Part shown: positions 60,146-64,000 of the stretch, piece after piece
Numbering within the stretch: the stretch's first letter is position 1
Layout: every line of letters starts with the position of its first letter
From: Candidatus Poribacteria bacterium
GTDB taxonomy: Bacteria; Poribacteria; WGA-4E; PCPOR2b
Reading direction: 5' to 3'
NCBI GenBank assembly: GCA_965116925.1
Contig: OZ220744.1
Location: 4,704,001-4,768,000 of the forward strand
DNA: 64,000 nucleotides
The notes under the pieces: generated by a model
What the model was told of the DNA's origin: nothing
Database searches by the model: none
What the model saw: only the letters and a program-made list of their open reading frames with translations
Made by a program: the position numbers and the translations under genes

Positions 60146-61272
60146 TATTCCGCTGATACCAAAGAACTGAAATGTTCCTCGTCCCATTCCGCACCCCACC
60201 CCGGTGCGTCTGGTGGAGACAGGTGCCCCTCTGAAACCAACGGCGCATTCAGCATCCCCCACTCCTGCCCTTGCTGGCGGTTTCCATCGGCGGCAGCGGA
60301 AAAGGACTCGTAGAAATCCGTGTTATCAATACAGCATCCCAGGTGTGCATGAAGGAGTCCAAATAACCCACCCTGACCGTTGAGTTCCACATTCGTCCCA
60401 TACAGTTCAGCGAAGTGAGCCAACTTCAGGACCTGAGTTGTACCGTGCCGAGCATTGACACGGAGGCGGTCTGTTGCGCCGTGGATGAGCCACTGTGAGG
60501 ACAGTCCAATATCGTGCATCAACATCTCCGTCGCCATCACCGGAATTGTTAGCTCTCGGCACAGTTCTTGGTAGAGATTCATCTTCTGTTCATGGAACGG
60601 CTCCTCCAGCCAGACAAAGTCCAATTCCTCCATGACATGCCCTACCTCAATTGCCTCACGCAAGGTATAAGAGCAAACCGGATCGTGGAGCAGTACATAG
60701 TCAGGTCCGACAGCCTCCCGGACCTCACGTAAAATCGGGATATCCGCTTTGCCGCCCTTGTAGGAATGGAACTTGTAGGCACTGATCCCTATCTCTCGTC
60801 CTGCCTCAATGGCTCCCAGATAATCCGCCACCGTGCCATCCCCACCCGTCAGGTAGACAGGGAATTGCTCTCGCACCCGCCCCACCAAGGCATAGACAGG
60901 AAGCCCCGCAGCTTTGCCAGCGATGTCCCAGAGACAGTTGTCAAAATCCCCAAACCAACCGGGCGGTTGGTAAACCCAGCGCGTTCCTTTGTGCAGCATC
61001 TGGTATAGTTTTTCCCGATCCAGTGGGTCCTCGCCCACCACCTGCGCCCGCAAAATCGCGGCCTGTGCAGGAGACATCGTGGTGGTACATCTGCCCGTGA
61101 TGCCAGCATCGGTTTCCACCTGAATAAAGGTCTGTTGAGTTGGCTGATTGCTCGGTAGCCCTTTGTGGGTATACTGAATGCGGCGCAGATTCGGAACTTG
61201 TACCAACTTATGTCCACTGCCCTTGCGCTCTGAATGCTCAAGGACGTAGAGTTTTACAGCTGTGATTTTCAT
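60139..61272 (-). CDS. Mandelate racemase/muconate lactonizing enzyme family protein
   Basis: DNCLWDIAGKAAGLPVYAL, YKFH, LLHD, WLEEP, ATE, PGWG. Confidence 0.9.
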   Translation of the reverse strand: MKITAVKLYVLEHSERKGSGHKLVQVPNLRRIQYTHKGLPSNQPTQQTFIQVETDAGITGRCTTTMSPAQAAILRAQVVGEDPLDREKLYQMLHKGTRWVYQPPGWFGDFDNCLWDIAGKAAGLPVYALVGRVREQFPVYLTGGDGTVADYLGAIEAGREIGISAYKFHSYKGGKADIPILREVREAVGPDYVLLHDPVCSYTLREAIEVGHVMEELDFVWLEEPFHEQKMNLYQELCRELTIPVMATEMLMHDIGLSSQWLIHGATDRLRVNARHGTTQVLKLAHFAELYGTNVELNGQGGLFGLLHAHLGCCIDNTDFYESFSAAADGNRQQGQEWGMLNAPLVSEGHLSPPDAPGWGAEWDEEHFSSLVSAEYH

Positions 61273-61571
61273 AGCGTTTCTCCGTTAAATCGTCTCATGG
61301 ATGTTTCTCTATAAGAAATGGTGTGCAGCAGAGTACGACGTCCGGATAGTGTAGCCGATTGACCAATCTGGATCAACCTCAAAAAATCGATTGCGAGTGC
61401 AAATAGGCTATTTTCCACTTGACGTGCTCACCAATTTCTGCGAAGATAAAATAATATTCAAAATCCCTGTTGATAAAATATAACGAAACTTGCCTGAAAG
61501 AATTGGAGATACGCCCACTAGGGCGAAGTTCCATCTATTTTATCATTACTTACAACTTAGGAGGAGTAGTT

Positions 61572-62474
61572 ATGAAAACTGAATTTCACGGTATATTTCC
61601 GGCGATTATTACGCCGATGACGCCTGAAGGAAGGTTAAACGAAGTCGCTTTTCGCAAAGTCATCGAATTCAACATCCAAGCGGGTGTTCACGGCTTCTGG
61701 GTAGCTGGAGGTACTGGAGAAAGCGTTCTGTTAGAAGACGAAGAGAACAATCGGGTTGCGGAGGTTATTGCAGATCAATCCAACGGTAGAATAAAGAACA
61801 TCATGCACGTCGGTGCGCCGACGACCGCACGGGCTGCCAAGATGGCAGAACATGCCGCCAAGGCTGGCGTTGAGGCGATCTGCTGTGTGCCACCCTTCTT
61901 CTATGGGCGCGACGATGCGGAGATTGTCGAGCATTACCGTATTGTGGCAGCTGCGGCTGACCTGCCCCTGTTTGTCTACAATTTACCCGGTGCCACCGGC
62001 GTAGAAATTACCCCTGCCTTGATGCGGAAAATTCAGGATGGGGTGCCGCAGTTGGCTGGGCTAAAACATTCTGCGGTAACATTCGGTAATGTCCGCGCTT
62101 TTGCCAAGATGGGACTCTTCTGCTTAATCGGAAACAGCCGATTAATGCTGCCTGCCCTGACGATTGGTGCCACAGGCTGCGTAGATGGTCCACCAAACAT
62201 GGCTCCCGAACTTTGGGTAGAGATTTGGAACGCCTACCAAGCTGGAGATTTGGATCGAGCGGAAGCTGCCCAAGACAGGGCTTGTGATGTGGCAGACAGA
62301 GTCATGGCGTGTGGTGGTGGGTTTCACGCTCTCCTCAAGGCAACCCTCAGTGAACGGCTTGGGATCGATTGTGGTCATCCCAGACCTCCCGGATCTCCCT
62401 TGACTGTTGAACAACAGACAGCATTGAGGAAATGTGTCGCTGAACTTGGGTTGACCAATGTCACTGTTTCTTGA
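61572..62474 (+). CDS. Dihydrodipicolinate synthase/N-acetylneuraminate lyase family protein
   Basis: GGTGES, VPPFFY, YNLPGATG, GLKHS; AGGAGGAG RBS. Confidence 0.9.
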   Translation: MKTEFHGIFPAIITPMTPEGRLNEVAFRKVIEFNIQAGVHGFWVAGGTGESVLLEDEENNRVAEVIADQSNGRIKNIMHVGAPTTARAAKMAEHAAKAGVEAICCVPPFFYGRDDAEIVEHYRIVAAAADLPLFVYNLPGATGVEITPALMRKIQDGVPQLAGLKHSAVTFGNVRAFAKMGLFCLIGNSRLMLPALTIGATGCVDGPPNMAPELWVEIWNAYQAGDLDRAEAAQDRACDVADRVMACGGGFHALLKATLSERLGIDCGHPRPPGSPLTVEQQTALRKCVAELGLTNVTVS

Positions 62475-62618
62475 TGAGATCTGTTCTTGTGTAGAAGGCC
62501 CAGGCAAAAAGAAAGTTAAAGTATGAAAGACGTGAAACGTGATGCGTGAAACGTGAAAACTATTTGCTCACTATTTCATTGGTTCATTCGGTTGCCCTAA
62601 TTTAACAGGAGAGAAGTA

Positions 62619-63809
62619 ATGAAGGTCAATCCAGAACAATTGCGAGACGACGGTTATATCATCTTGCGGGAGGTTATCCCCCCGGAACAACTGGACGATG
62701 TTCGCGCTAGTTTTGAGGTGCTTGTTGAACGTCAAAAGGAGATATGGGCACAGGAAGGCAATCGGAGTGTGTGGGAATCCGGGGCGCAGCCGCGGCTGGT
62801 ACATTTCGAGAACCTCATCAACGAAGAAACCGCCAACACCGTTGAGACATGGATGCACGAAAACACCCTAGGTGTCGGAAGTCAACTGTTGAGTGTCCCC
62901 AACCAAACGGGAATTGCCGGGATGATGTTGATGTGTAGTCCTCAACGTGATCACGGTCCAGCCCACTGGCATCGCGATGTTCATCCCATCGACATGGCAC
63001 CTATGGCAAGTCTGCAAGCGGATTTTTTGGAGAACGGACCCAAGTATGTCCAATGGAACATTCCGCTCTACGACGATGATGTACTTTGGGTGGTGCCCGG
63101 CAGCCATCGTCGTCTCAACACCGAAGCGGAAAACCGTCAACTGCTCGAAAATCCCCGCGTCCCTTTGCCGGGAGGCATCCCCGTCGAATTGAAAGGTGGC
63201 GATGGCGTCGTGTACTCTAACTACATTCTGCATTGGGGGAGCAACTACAGTGCCAAGCTGCGCCGAACAATCCACGGAGGGCACACGATTTTTCCGTATT
63301 ACCCGGACTTAAACTTCACGCAGTTTCTCTCCCCGGAGGCACGACAGACCTTCGAGAATTGGACGCAGGCAAGCAGCCGGATGCAGGACCTCACGGAAGC
63401 AGCGTTGCGAGCGATTTTGAAAAAGGATGCTGAAACATACTACGAAGCAGTGGAGGAGCTTCAGCCCGGTGCAGGTGAGAAGGGCAAAATGGTGCTAGCG
63501 ATATATCTCTCCAAGGCAGCATATCACATCCACATCTTGAAAAGCACCGACTTTGATGAGCTGCCGCCGGAGGTTCGCAGGCGTGCCTCTAGCCCACATT
63601 CGATAAGTATCAACTGGGGGCCCCAGTTCGCCGATCGTTTTTCAAAAGAGGAGGCGGATCTCCTCTGGCAACGGTTCGAGGTGCTCGATACCAGACTCCA
63701 AGCGGAGGAAGAGCTTTTCGTTCCCGGGTTCCAGTCTGGTCCGATGCGATACTTCTTTGAAGAAGAGCCGAGCAACTTTGAGGTCGAAGACTTCATTGCT
63801 AGCTGGTAA
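62619..63809 (+). CDS. PhyH-family dioxygenase with C-terminal extension
   Basis: DDGYIILREV, WHRD, VPGSH, LHWGSNY. Confidence 0.85.
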   Translation: MKVNPEQLRDDGYIILREVIPPEQLDDVRASFEVLVERQKEIWAQEGNRSVWESGAQPRLVHFENLINEETANTVETWMHENTLGVGSQLLSVPNQTGIAGMMLMCSPQRDHGPAHWHRDVHPIDMAPMASLQADFLENGPKYVQWNIPLYDDDVLWVVPGSHRRLNTEAENRQLLENPRVPLPGGIPVELKGGDGVVYSNYILHWGSNYSAKLRRTIHGGHTIFPYYPDLNFTQFLSPEARQTFENWTQASSRMQDLTEAALRAILKKDAETYYEAVEELQPGAGEKGKMVLAIYLSKAAYHIHILKSTDFDELPPEVRRRASSPHSISINWGPQFADRFSKEEADLLWQRFEVLDTRLQAEEELFVPGFQSGPMRYFFEEEPSNFEVEDFIASW

Positions 63810-63878
63810 TTATATGGTAGTAGGCACACTCCGTGTGCCGTAACTCTGAAATCTACCATAATCGTGTAGATCTATGTC

Positions 63879-64000
<122 letters not shown>

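Overview
Bacterial chromosomal window of roughly 50% GC with standard-code stops. The gene content (seven PhyH-type Fe(II)/2OG dioxygenases, several Gfo/Idh/MocA, DHDPS-like and enolase-superfamily enzymes, a sialidase-like protein, GH88, a DUF4175-type protein and MoxR) resembles Ca. Poribacteria; this is inference only. Housekeeping blocks are miaA, grx-trxB, dnaJ-like-ndk, a PyrR-attenuated HD-pyrR-pyrC-carAB operon, aroA/aroK/aroQ-efp-accB, ilvD and rlmB. The main hidden signal is three genes that the ORF track splits at in-frame TGA codons lying exactly at catalytic Cys positions, each followed by a SECIS-like hairpin, so they are probable selenoproteins. They are an AhpD-like CxxU protein (483-1064), an AhpC/TSA redoxin with UPKD (16702-17262), and a signal-peptide-bearing tandem two-domain peroxiredoxin with two Sec codons (41312-42307). 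Other notable items: two PhyH-fold proteins with the halogenase-type HxG motif, an amidohydrolase pair plus Rieske protein resembling dinuclear monooxygenases (AibH1H2/PtmU3 type), a Bpu10I-family restriction-modification pair next to decayed toxin-antitoxin genes, and several families of modular intergenic MITE/REP-like repeats, some translated inside genes.
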